From assembly GCA_963695225.1 (NCBI GenBank), contig OY968762.1, positions 1,088,001 through 1,152,000 on the forward strand: a DNA stretch of 64,000 bases. The letters run 5' to 3'. Source of the DNA: Vulcanimicrobiota bacterium (GTDB taxonomy: Bacteria; Vulcanimicrobiota; Vulcanimicrobiia; Vulcanimicrobiales; Vulcanimicrobiaceae). Made by a program: the position numbers and the translations under genes. Numbering within the stretch: position 1 is the stretch's first letter; every line of letters begins with the position of its first letter. Shown piece by piece: positions 10,733 through 19,516 of the stretch. The notes below the pieces were generated by a model. That model saw nothing but the letters and a program-made list of their open reading frames with translations, searched no databases and was not told where the DNA came from.

Positions 10733-11809
10733 ATGCCGCACCGCCGAACGACCTTCAGCAAGTTCATTATCGAAGATCAGCGGAGCCGGCCGAACCCGGA
10801 CCCCGAGCTGACGGGGCTGCTCAACGACATCCAGACGGCGTGCAAGTTTATCGCCTCCGCCGTCTCGCGAGGCGCGCTCTATTACCCGCCGCGGTCCTCG
10901 ATGAGCGTCAACCCGTCCGGCGAGGATTACCGCAAGCTTGACGCGATCGCGAACGACATCATGCTCCGCGAGTGCGAATGGGGCGGGAAGCTCTGCGGCA
11001 TGTTGTTCGAAGGGATCGAAGAGCCGTACCGCATCCCCGCGTCGTATCCGCGCGGGCGCTATCTGCTCGCCTTCGATCCGCTCGAGGGCGCGGAGAGACT
11101 CGACGTCAACGACACGGTCGGGACGATCTTCTCCGTCCTGCGCGCCCCCGACGGCGTGACGGAACCGACGGCCGCACACTTTCTCCGGCCCGGAACGGAG
11201 CAGATCGCGGCCGGCTTCGCGCTCTACGGCCCGACCTCGATCATCGTGATCACGCTGGGGAACGGCGTGCACGGTTTCACGCTCGACCGCGAGATCGGCG
11301 CCTACACGCTGACGCATCCCAAGATGCGCATCCCCGAGGAGACGCGCGACATCGCGATCGACCCTTCGAACGAACGCACGTGGGAAGCGCCGATCCGGTA
11401 TTACGTCGATGAATGCATCCAGGGGAAGGCCGGGCTGCGCCAAGTCGATTTCAACATGCGCTGGGTGGATTCGCTCGTCGCCGAGGTCCACCGGCTGCTC
11501 GTGCGCGGTGGGCTCTTGATCTACCCGCAGGATATGCGAGATGGGTCCAAGCACGGCAGTCTGCACCTCTTATACGAGGCGAACCCGATCGCGCTGATCG
11601 TCGAACAGGCGGGCGGCCTCGCCTCGACCGGGCGCGGCCGCATCCTCGAGGCCGTCCCGTCGAGCGTGCAGCAGTGCGTCCCCGTGATCCTGGGTTCGGC
11701 TCGCGAGGCCGAGCGGCTTGTCCGCTATCACGAAACCGCCGACCGCGGCGAAGAGCTCAAGTTCAAGACGCCGCTCTTCAATACGCGCTCCCTCTTCCGC
11801 CCCGTCTGA
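10733..11809 (+). CDS. Class 1 fructose-1,6-bisphosphatase homolog (CbbF-like) with degenerate catalytic motifs
   Basis: Overall FBPase fold motifs (KLD, VGTIFS, LYEANP) but DPLEGAER replaces DPLDGSSN. Confidence 0.85.
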   Translation: MPHRRTTFSKFIIEDQRSRPNPDPELTGLLNDIQTACKFIASAVSRGALYYPPRSSMSVNPSGEDYRKLDAIANDIMLRECEWGGKLCGMLFEGIEEPYRIPASYPRGRYLLAFDPLEGAERLDVNDTVGTIFSVLRAPDGVTEPTAAHFLRPGTEQIAAGFALYGPTSIIVITLGNGVHGFTLDREIGAYTLTHPKMRIPEETRDIAIDPSNERTWEAPIRYYVDECIQGKAGLRQVDFNMRWVDSLVAEVHRLLVRGGLLIYPQDMRDGSKHGSLHLLYEANPIALIVEQAGGLASTGRGRILEAVPSSVQQCVPVILGSAREAERLVRYHETADRGEELKFKTPLFNTRSLFRPV

Positions 11810-11831
11810 GAAGACAGAAAGCCAGGCGAAA

Positions 11832-12704
11832 TTGTCGGCAAAGCACCCAATCATCGCGATCACCGGATCGTCCGGTGCCGGCACGTCGACGGTCAAGAGC
11901 ACGTTCCAACAGATCTTTCGGCGCGAGAACGTCACGGCCGCAGTCGTCGAGGGAGACGCGTTCCACCGTTACAACCGGATCGAGATGCGCGCGCACCTCG
12001 CCGAGGCGCAGAGAGCCGGGCGGAGCCTCAGCCATTTCGGTCCGGAGGGGAACCTCTTCGAAGAACTCGAGGCCCTCTTTCGCGTGTACGGCGAACGCGG
12101 AACGGCGCAGACTCGCAAGTACCTCCACGACGATCAGGAAGCGGCGCCGTACGCACAGGAGCCCGGCACGTTCACGCCGTGGGAAGAGATCCCGCCGGGG
12201 ACGGATTTGCTGTTCTACGAGGGGCTGCACGGTGCCGTCGCGACGGAGACCGTCAACGTCGCCCGCTACGTCGATCTGCTGATCGGGGTCGTGCCGATCG
12301 TCAACTTGGAGTGGATCCAAAAGCTCCATCGCGACAAGACCGCACGCGGGCACTCGCAGGAGGCGATCGTCGATACGATCTTGCGCCGGATGCCCGACTA
12401 CGTGAACTACATCGTCCCGCAGTTTTCGCGCACGCACGTGAATTTTCAGCGCGTGCCGATCGTCGACACGTCGAATCCGTTCATCACGCGCACGATCCCG
12501 ACGCTCGACGAGAGCATGCTCGTCATCCGCTTCAGCAATCCGGCCGGGATCGATTTCCCCTACCTCCTCGCGATGCTGCACGACTCGTTCATGTCGCGCC
12601 CGAACACGATCGTCTGCCCGGGCGGGAAGATGGGACTCGCGATGCAGTTGATCTTCACCCCGATGATCTGGCAGTTGCTCGACCGAAAGAAACGGGCGCT
12701 CTAG
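11832..12704 (+). CDS. prkB: Phosphoribulokinase (class I, CbbP)
   Basis: SAKHPIIAITGSSGAGTST, LLFYEGLHG, NLEWIQK and FQRVPIVDTSNPF; TTG start. Confidence 0.95.
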   Translation: MSAKHPIIAITGSSGAGTSTVKSTFQQIFRRENVTAAVVEGDAFHRYNRIEMRAHLAEAQRAGRSLSHFGPEGNLFEELEALFRVYGERGTAQTRKYLHDDQEAAPYAQEPGTFTPWEEIPPGTDLLFYEGLHGAVATETVNVARYVDLLIGVVPIVNLEWIQKLHRDKTARGHSQEAIVDTILRRMPDYVNYIVPQFSRTHVNFQRVPIVDTSNPFITRTIPTLDESMLVIRFSNPAGIDFPYLLAMLHDSFMSRPNTIVCPGGKMGLAMQLIFTPMIWQLLDRKKRAL

Positions 12705-12774
12705 AGCCCCGTCGCCCTGAGCCTGCCCTCCTTACGATTGCGCGAGTTGCGCTCGCTCCGATCCGGATGACGCG

Positions 12775-13659
12775 CTAGCTTCCGGATTCCAGCGGGCGCT
12801 CCTCGGCTCGGATGGCGAGCGCGATCGCCGCTAGGATCACGAACGCGCCGATGGCCGCCGAAGGGGCCAGCCGTTCGCTGAACAGGATCGCGGCGAGGAC
12901 CGCCGCGATCAGTGGCTCGAGGAGCGTCGTCGTCGCGACGAGCGTCGGGCTGAGCGTTCGGACGGCGATGTTGAGCGCCGTGTGCCCGAAGAGTTGGGAA
13001 ATGAGCGCCATCGCGACGATGCCGCCCCAAGCCGTCGCATCCGCGAACGGAGGCGGAGCCTGTCCTGCGAGCAGCGCCGCGACGCCGAGCAACGCTGCCG
13101 CGAGCGGATACGTCCGCCCCACGATCGCAAGCGAATCGTAGCTCCGGTCTACGCCGCGCACGACGATCAGATAGGCGGCCCAGGCCCACGCGCCGGCGAC
13201 CGCGAGCGCGAGCCCGAGCGGTTTGTTCTCTCCCGTCGGGATGCCCACGACGATGGCGACGCCGATCAGCGCCGCGGCGATGCTCAGGATCACGTCAGGG
13301 CGCGCCCGTCGCGCGCGGAGCACCGCGTACGCTTCAGTCCAAATCGGCGCCGAGCAGACGAGCAGCGTCGAGATCGTGACGCTCGCAAACCGCAGCGACG
13401 AAATCCACGTCGCGAAATGCGCCGCGAGAATGATGCCCGCGAGCGCGAGCCGCCGTTCGCTCGCAAGCTCCCGCTCGCGATACCGGCCTAAGACGAACGC
13501 GATCGAGCCCACGATCGCGGCGGCGATCGCGAGCCGCAGTGCGGAAACGGCGAGCGGGCCGGCTCCGGTAAGCGCGTAGCGCGCGAAGATCGCTGCGGCA
13601 CCGACGGCGATTTGGCCGATCGCGAGCGGCACGATCGCGCGCGCAATCGACGGATTCAC
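12775..13659 (-). CDS. EamA/DMT family transporter
   Basis: About 10 TM segments; HFATWISSL, GHTALN and LLEPL motifs. Confidence 0.88.
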   Translation of the reverse strand: MNPSIARAIVPLAIGQIAVGAAAIFARYALTGAGPLAVSALRLAIAAAIVGSIAFVLGRYRERELASERRLALAGIILAAHFATWISSLRFASVTISTLLVCSAPIWTEAYAVLRARRARPDVILSIAAALIGVAIVVGIPTGENKPLGLALAVAGAWAWAAYLIVVRGVDRSYDSLAIVGRTYPLAAALLGVAALLAGQAPPPFADATAWGGIVAMALISQLFGHTALNIAVRTLSPTLVATTTLLEPLIAAVLAAILFSERLAPSAAIGAFVILAAIALAIRAEERPLESGS

Positions 13660-13809
13660 GAATTCCGGATTTAGCGCGGCGCACGTGGACGACCTCCCCC
13701 GAGCGGCGTGAACCCTCCGGGCTTCAGTACGGCGGCGCCGGCGCACCCGCGAGGCCCTGCGACGTCCAAGAAGCGGAATTGCTCCGGACGCCGCCTTGCG
13801 GGGGGAACC

Positions 13810-14217
13810 ATGCGCACGATCTTTCTATGGGTCTATACGGGATTGTTGTTCTTCGCCTTCATCGGATCGGGAGCCGCGAAGCTCACCGGCCAGGCCGTCA
13901 TGCTGGAACAATTCCGCAGCTTCGAATATCCGCTGTGGTTCATGTACGTGACGGGTGCGATCGAGTTCGCGTGCGCGATCGTCGTCTTGATTCCGCGCTA
14001 CGCGCACGTCGGAGCCGGTATCTTGGCGTGCGTGATGGCCGGTGCGGTCGTCTCGCACGTAGCGCACGGGCAGCTCACGCTGGTCGTGCCCCCTATCCTC
14101 CTGCTGATCCTCGCGCTCGTGGTCGGCACGTTGCGGGATTGGGGAAGAGCGCGGCCGGCGGGCTCCGGGCTCGGGCGGGATTCCTCGCTTCGCCCCTCTA
14201 ACGACTCGACGTTGTGA
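13810..14217 (+). CDS. DoxX family membrane protein
   Basis: SGAAKL..FEYPLWFMYVTGAIE..MAGAVVSH pattern. Confidence 0.8.
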   Translation: MRTIFLWVYTGLLFFAFIGSGAAKLTGQAVMLEQFRSFEYPLWFMYVTGAIEFACAIVVLIPRYAHVGAGILACVMAGAVVSHVAHGQLTLVVPPILLLILALVVGTLRDWGRARPAGSGLGRDSSLRPSNDSTL

Positions 14218-14786
14218 GCCTCAAACGCCGTTCATTCGCCGCTCTCGCCCTCTCGCTGCTGCTGCTGGCCGCCGCCTCCCCGTTCGCTCCGGCAAGCGCC
14301 GCGACGTCGGGGACCCGCGTGCGGATCGTCACGCAGTTCGGCGACATCGTCGTCGTCCTCAACGATAAGCAGGCGCCCGTCACGACCGCGAACTTCCTGC
14401 ACTACGTCGATGCGAAGTTCTACGACGGAGGCTCCTTCTTTCGATCCGTTCCGGGCTTCGTGATTCAAGGCGGAAACCGCCCGCGTGAGAACGACGCAAC
14501 GGACACGCGCATCCGGCTCGAACCGCCCGCGCTCACGCGCGTGAAGAACGTGGACGGCGCGATCTCGATGGCGCGGACGACCGATCCGAATTCCGCGACC
14601 TCGGAGTTCTTCATCTGCGACGGCGATCAGCCGTTCTTGGACGGCTCCGGGACGAATCCGGGATACGCGGCGTTCGGGCACGTCGCCTCCGGCATGGACG
14701 TCGTTCGCAAGATCGCGCGCCTGCCCGCGCAGCAGCAGATGCTCTTGACGCCCGTCGCGATCGTCAGAATCGAACGCGTTCGCTAA
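14214..14786 (+). CDS. Exported cyclophilin-type peptidyl-prolyl isomerase
   Basis: Signal peptide; APVTTANFL, FVIQGG, ISMAR, SATSEFFI and YAAFGHV motifs. Confidence 0.92.
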   Translation: MSLKRRSFAALALSLLLLAAASPFAPASAATSGTRVRIVTQFGDIVVVLNDKQAPVTTANFLHYVDAKFYDGGSFFRSVPGFVIQGGNRPRENDATDTRIRLEPPALTRVKNVDGAISMARTTDPNSATSEFFICDGDQPFLDGSGTNPGYAAFGHVASGMDVVRKIARLPAQQQMLLTPVAIVRIERVR

Positions 14787-14840
14787 CTCCGCGTCGCGCG
14801 GATGCTTTTTGACTCGCGCTGCGCGCTCGGATGGGAAATA

Positions 14841-14869
14841 AGAAAGCCCCTACCACGTAGGGGCTTTCT
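14841..14869 (-). terminator. Intrinsic terminator (possibly bidirectional)
   Basis: Perfect 13-bp stem AGAAAGCCCCTAC-cac-GTAGGGGCTTTCT between convergent genes; U-rich tail on the minus strand. Confidence 0.8.
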
Positions 14870-14894
14870 GGTACCTAGGAACTCCGGTTGGAGA

Positions 14895-15263
14895 CTAAAT
14901 GGGGCGCGTGTTCGGCGAGCTATGGTTCGTCGTATTGCCGAGGTTCGTCTTGCCCGTCCCTCTGACGTACGCGGTGTTCGGATTGTATTCCGGAATGCCC
15001 TGATAGTGTCCGGCTTTGCGCGAGATTTCACGCCAGAACTGAATCGGGTTAACCGAGGTGATCTGTTGCGTCGTTCCTTGCGACGATGAACCGTTGCAGC
15101 CGTAGCACTGCGGCGGGCCCTGCGGCTCCGCGGCTACCGTCGTCGTGGCGGCAGGCTGGGCGGTGCTTATCCCCGGCTGCAAAAGGAGTAAAGCACTGAG
15201 TCCTACGATCATCGCTCCGCCGATGGCGAAGGTCCCTTTTACTGCTGGGATACGGCCTTGCAT
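14895..15263 (-). CDS. Secreted hypothetical protein with a CxxC motif
   Basis: AAGGAG RBS, signal-like N-terminus, own terminator. Confidence 0.65.
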   Translation of the reverse strand: MQGRIPAVKGTFAIGGAMIVGLSALLLLQPGISTAQPAATTTVAAEPQGPPQCYGCNGSSSQGTTQQITSVNPIQFWREISRKAGHYQGIPEYNPNTAYVRGTGKTNLGNTTNHSSPNTRPI

Positions 15264-15417
15264 TGTCTTCTCCTTACGAGAGGATCGTGGTACGAGAACG
15301 CTTCTCTAAAATGCGCCCCTTCCCTCGGCCCCGCAAGGGAAAAAGCCGCAGCGCAGAGGCTTTCGAAAAGCTAGTAACTTTTAGGTATTCCTAGATACTT
15401 TTCAAGGGACACCGCGT

Positions 15418-15723
15418 TCACAGGAGGTCTGCATTCTCGTCGAGGATCGTTTCGAGCACGGCGCGCGCATCTTCGTCGAGCGAGACGCACGTTCCGAGCG
15501 CCTCCACCAGCATCAAGAACTCGGAGAGGCGGAGGACGAACGCGCGCCAAGCACGCTGCTCCCCCGGCCGCGAAGCCAGGGCAGCGAGGTACTGCCGGCG
15601 CACGGACTCTCCGGACTCGCGCAGCGCGGCGTCGCCGTAGCGTTCCAGACGGTCGAGACAGGCGGCGATTTCGGCATAGGAGCCTTGCGCCTCGGGCGGG
15701 ATGGCGACGAGCGTGCCGATCAT
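15418..15723 (-). CDS. Hypothetical protein translationally coupled to the MFS pump
   Basis: ATGA overlap with the upstream stop; helical protein-like sequence. Confidence 0.6.
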   Translation of the reverse strand: MIGTLVAIPPEAQGSYAEIAACLDRLERYGDAALRESGESVRRQYLAALASRPGEQRAWRAFVLRLSEFLMLVEALGTCVSLDEDARAVLETILDENADLL

Positions 15724-17258
15724 GCTGCCGCCAACTCGATCTTGCGGCCGGGCTCGGGGCGCGGCATTACGAGCACCAACGGGATCAAGCAGAAGATCAT
15801 GATCCCCAACAGGTTGTTGACGTCGGCGAAGCCGAGGGCCGCGGCCTGCAACTGGACCTCTCCGAAGAACTGAGCGAGCGGCGCGTGGTGCGCGATCGCA
15901 CCGGCGATCCCGGGCCGGCTCAGAGCCACGGTGCCGGCCAGATCCGAAAGCCGCACGGCGATCCGGTGATCGAGGAGCGTCACGAGGAGCGCCGTCGAAA
16001 TCGAGCCGCCGAGTTGGATCGCGAGGGCGAAGAGCGAACTCGCTTTCGGGCCCTCCGATTCCGGGACGCCGCCCATGATCGCGATCGATAGCGGTATCAT
16101 CACGAAGGCAATCCCGATTCCGCCCAGGATCATCGAAGGAACGAGCGCGGAGAAATCGGTGACCGGCGTCGTGACGCTGCCTTGCATCTGCTGCGACATG
16201 CCCAGCATCACGAGGCCGCCTCCGATGATCCAGCGGGCGTCTGCGCCGCGCATCACGAGGGCGGCGGCGACGGGCGTGAACAAACCGATGCAGACGGCGC
16301 GCACGAAGATCAACTCGCCGCTGAGCGTCGCGGTGAAACCGAGCACGCCTTGGACGTACTGCGGCAGGATCACGAGCGCCCCATAGAGGCTTGCGCCGGC
16401 GGCGAGCGCGATGACGAATCCCGACCCCATCGCCCGGTACCGGAACACCGAGAGATCGACGATCGGGCTCTTCACGTGCAGTTCCCAGGCGACGAACGTG
16501 ACGATTCCGGCGACGGCCGCGATCGAACCGGCGACGATCGAGGTATCGCTGAACCAATCGTTGCGTTCGCCCTGCTCGAGCACGTACTGCAATGCACCGA
16601 GCCCCACGATGAGAGAAACCAAGCCGAGCGTATCGAACTCGCCCGGCGGCTCGCCCTGCGGGTTACGCATGTATGCGAGGACGATCGCGGTCGCGAGGAT
16701 CCCCGGAACGAGGTTGATGTAGAAAATGTAGTTCCACGAGAAGTTGTCGGTCAGCCAGCCGCCCAACGTCGGGCCGAAGCACGGCCCGGCGATCGCGCCG
16801 ATCGCGAACAGCCCCTGGCTGACGCCGAGCCGTTCCGGCCCGAAGACGTCGTTGAGCGCGGCTTGCCCCGTCGCGACGAGCCCGCCGCCGAAGAGACCTT
16901 GCACGACGCGCCAGAAGACGAGCATCCAGATCGAGGTCGAGAGAGCGCACCCGATCGAAGCGAGCGTGAACCCCGCGATGCCGGCTGCGTAGTATGCGCG
17001 CCGGCCGCAGCGCCGCTGGAGCCACGGCGTCAGCGGAATCACGATGACGGCAGCGACGATGTAACCGGTGATGACCCACGCGCCTTCGCTCGTGGTGGCG
17101 CCGAGGTTCCCCTGCACGATGGGGAGCGCGACGTTCACGATCGTCGTGTCGAGCGTCTGCATGAGCGTCGCGAGCATGATGCCGATCGTGATGACGACGA
17201 GCCGTGCACCCGTCTCCTGCAAGTTGGTATTTGAGAGAGCTGCCGCCTGTTTATCCAT
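15720..17258 (-). CDS. DHA2 (EmrB/QacA) family MFS efflux permease
   Basis: LDTTIVNVALP, WVITGY, GPTLGGWLTDNFSWNYIFYIN and VLEQGERNDWF motifs. Confidence 0.92.
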   Translation of the reverse strand: MDKQAAALSNTNLQETGARLVVITIGIMLATLMQTLDTTIVNVALPIVQGNLGATTSEGAWVITGYIVAAVIVIPLTPWLQRRCGRRAYYAAGIAGFTLASIGCALSTSIWMLVFWRVVQGLFGGGLVATGQAALNDVFGPERLGVSQGLFAIGAIAGPCFGPTLGGWLTDNFSWNYIFYINLVPGILATAIVLAYMRNPQGEPPGEFDTLGLVSLIVGLGALQYVLEQGERNDWFSDTSIVAGSIAAVAGIVTFVAWELHVKSPIVDLSVFRYRAMGSGFVIALAAGASLYGALVILPQYVQGVLGFTATLSGELIFVRAVCIGLFTPVAAALVMRGADARWIIGGGLVMLGMSQQMQGSVTTPVTDFSALVPSMILGGIGIAFVMIPLSIAIMGGVPESEGPKASSLFALAIQLGGSISTALLVTLLDHRIAVRLSDLAGTVALSRPGIAGAIAHHAPLAQFFGEVQLQAAALGFADVNNLLGIMIFCLIPLVLVMPRPEPGRKIELAAA

Positions 17259-17259
17259 C

Positions 17260-17302
17260 TATAATGGTAACTTTCCTGAGAGTTTCGCAGGGATATTACC
17301 AT
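17260..17302. promoter_or_regulatory. Divergent promoter region with an inverted-repeat TetR operator
   Basis: ATGGTAActttcctg...cagggataTTACCAT inverted repeat (17264-17302); TATAAT at 17260-17265. Confidence 0.6.
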
Positions 17303-17322
17303 ACCAGCGGAACGAATGTCGC

Positions 17323-18063
17323 GTGGCATACGAGGTAACTAAGACGATCAAGGGCCGCGACTATCGGTACCGCGTCGAGTCCACGCGCGACCCCGCCACC
17401 GGTGCGCGGAGCGTGACCTGGAAATATCTCGGGCGCGTCGACGCGGCATCCCACGATGTCGTCGCGCCGCGCCGGCGCGCGCGGGAGAGCGTGCGCGAAC
17501 GCGTCGCGCGCGCAAGCCTGAAACTGCTCGAGAGCCGCCATCCCGATCACTTGACGGTCGCCGTCATCGCAAGAGAGGCCGGCATCTCCCCGGCGACGTT
17601 CTACCGCCATATTGGGACGCGGGGCAATGCGTTGAGCATGGGGCTCGCCAAGCACATCGATTCGTTGCTCGCGGAGTTCTCGGCCCTCGCGGACCCGATC
17701 GGCACGGCCCCGCAGGAACGCCGGCGTTTCCGGAGCTGGATCGAAAGGTTACGGCAGCGCGTCGCCGCGCGACCGCGGCTCCTGTACGCGCTCCCGATCG
17801 TGGAGGCCGAACTCGGCTTCGCGGCCGAAATCGCGAGCCGTCAACAGCGCGGGCGCGCGAAGATCGCAGACTATCTCGAGCGCCTGCAAGCGGCAGGCGT
17901 CATCCACATCGGCGCGCCGCGCCGGTTAGCCGGCGGCATCACGATCGCACTCGAAGGCCTGTTCGTGCTCGCCGCCCGGGGCATGCGCAAAATGGACGAC
18001 GAACTCTTCGCCGAGACTACGGAACTCCTCGACGGCGCGATCTTCGGTAGCCCGCCGCGCTGA
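17323..18063 (+). CDS. TetR/AcrR family regulator with an extra N-terminal beta domain
   Basis: LTVAVIAREAGISPATFYRH HTH; divergent from the efflux gene; GTG start. Confidence 0.85.
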   Translation: MAYEVTKTIKGRDYRYRVESTRDPATGARSVTWKYLGRVDAASHDVVAPRRRARESVRERVARASLKLLESRHPDHLTVAVIAREAGISPATFYRHIGTRGNALSMGLAKHIDSLLAEFSALADPIGTAPQERRRFRSWIERLRQRVAARPRLLYALPIVEAELGFAAEIASRQQRGRAKIADYLERLQAAGVIHIGAPRRLAGGITIALEGLFVLAARGMRKMDDELFAETTELLDGAIFGSPPR

Positions 18064-18122
18064 GCCGCCCCGAGCACGCGTGACCGTAGCGCACGCGCGA
18101 ACGCGGTTACCGCTCGCTCGGG

Positions 18123-18151
18123 TTGACGCGCAGCGCAGACCATGTTATCGT
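18123..18151 (+). promoter_or_regulatory. Sigma70-type promoter
   Basis: TTGACG-17 nt-TATCGT with an extended -10 TG. Confidence 0.65.
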
Positions 18152-18158
18152 CACGACG

Positions 18159-18221
18159 ATGAGCTTTCAAAACGCGCTATGTACCCGTCTGTGTTCCAAC
18201 GTTCCACCGAGGGCGGCGTAG
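18159..18221 (+). CDS. Putative leaderless 20-aa peptide MSFQNALCTRLCSNVPPRAA
   Basis: ATG 7 nt after the -10 box, followed by a terminator. Confidence 0.45.
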   Translation: MSFQNALCTRLCSNVPPRAA

Positions 18222-18257
18222 CGGCGTAACTTCACTCGCAATCATATGCGATCGTTG

Positions 18258-18290
18258 AGAAGCCCCCGCCGGTCCGGCGGGGGCTTCTTA
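18258..18290 (+). terminator. Intrinsic terminator or attenuator hairpin
   Basis: 14-bp stem AGAAGCCCCCGCCG-gtc-CGGCGGGGGCTTCT followed by TA. Confidence 0.75.
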
Positions 18291-18479
18291 CGTTCGCCTT
18301 GCCGACGTAACGGGCTCCATCCGGAACGTCGGCATTCTCACGCGTTACGGAGCGCGGAGATTCAACCTGTTCGCGATTAGACGAAATGGAGCGTAATCGC
18401 AACTCAGCTTGGAGTCTGCGCGAGAGCGTGCGTTCGAAATGCTCAGTATTCGCAAAGACCCATCATGAGGTAGATCGAC

Positions 18480-19349
18480 GTGACTCGGAAGCTCCTGTCT
18501 GCACTCGGCCTAGCCGCGGCAGCACTCTTACTCGTCATCGGGAAAGCCGATGCCATCCCCACCGAACTCGAGGGCCAGGCCGGCGGCGGCCTGACGCCAT
18601 GGGCTCTCTTGGCGCCGAGCGCGCCCCTCGTTTCGTATACGAACCTAAAGACGAACGATTATCAATTCCAGAACATCGCAATCGGCGGGACGCTCTGGAA
18701 GCGCCTCGAGCTGAGCTACAGCTCGCAGCTCCTCGACGCGCCGACCGTCGGGACGGCGCTGTCGCTGGACGAGCGCATCGACCAGACCGTCATCGGCGCG
18801 AAGTTCAAGCTCCTCGACGCGAAGGCCAAGAGCTGGGTTCCGGCGCTCGCCGTCGGCCTGCAAGCGAAGTCAGCCACCGGATCGATCCTCGACGCGCTCA
18901 AGGCCGCGGGCGCCATCAGCGATAAGTCCGGGACCGATTTCTATCTCTCCGCCACCAAGATCTTCGGAGTGAACGGCACGAACGTCGTTCTGAACGGCAC
19001 GCTGCGCGCCACGAAGGCGAATCAATTCGGCTTGCTGGGCTTCGGCGGCGGCACCAACGGCAACAACGACTACAAGCTCGAGCCGGAGTTCACGCTCGGC
19101 GGCTTCGTCGCGGATAACGTCGCGGTCGGCGGCGAATACCGCATCAGGCCGAACAACATCAGCAGCGCGGCGTTCGGCATCAAGGAGACGGGCGCGCAGG
19201 ATCTCTGGATCGCCTACTTCCCGAACCCGCATTACGCCGTTACCGCGGCGTACGTGGACCTCGGGCAAGTCGGCCCTTCGCGCAAGGCCGTTCCCGCGAT
19301 CGGCAGCACGCAGGACGGCTTGTACCTGCAATTGCAGGCGAACTTCTAA
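18480..19349 (+). CDS. DUF3034 family exported (beta-barrel-like) protein
   Basis: Signal peptide; EGQAGGGLTPWA, LRATKANQFGLLGFGG and a terminal YLQLQANF beta-signal. Confidence 0.8.
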   Translation: MTRKLLSALGLAAAALLLVIGKADAIPTELEGQAGGGLTPWALLAPSAPLVSYTNLKTNDYQFQNIAIGGTLWKRLELSYSSQLLDAPTVGTALSLDERIDQTVIGAKFKLLDAKAKSWVPALAVGLQAKSATGSILDALKAAGAISDKSGTDFYLSATKIFGVNGTNVVLNGTLRATKANQFGLLGFGGGTNGNNDYKLEPEFTLGGFVADNVAVGGEYRIRPNNISSAAFGIKETGAQDLWIAYFPNPHYAVTAAYVDLGQVGPSRKAVPAIGSTQDGLYLQLQANF

Positions 19350-19516
19350 CGTCGTCAGGCCGCCGTCATCCGCGCTCCGGCGGCGCGGGTGACGGGCCAT
19401 CCGAACTACCGACGACGCGTGCGCGGCGCGATGCCGGAGGGTCCATCGTGCTGCTTCCGTAAGGTACGCTCCGGTCCGCTCGATAACAGGCGCCCGCTTC
19501 GTGGAGGTTGCGTCAC

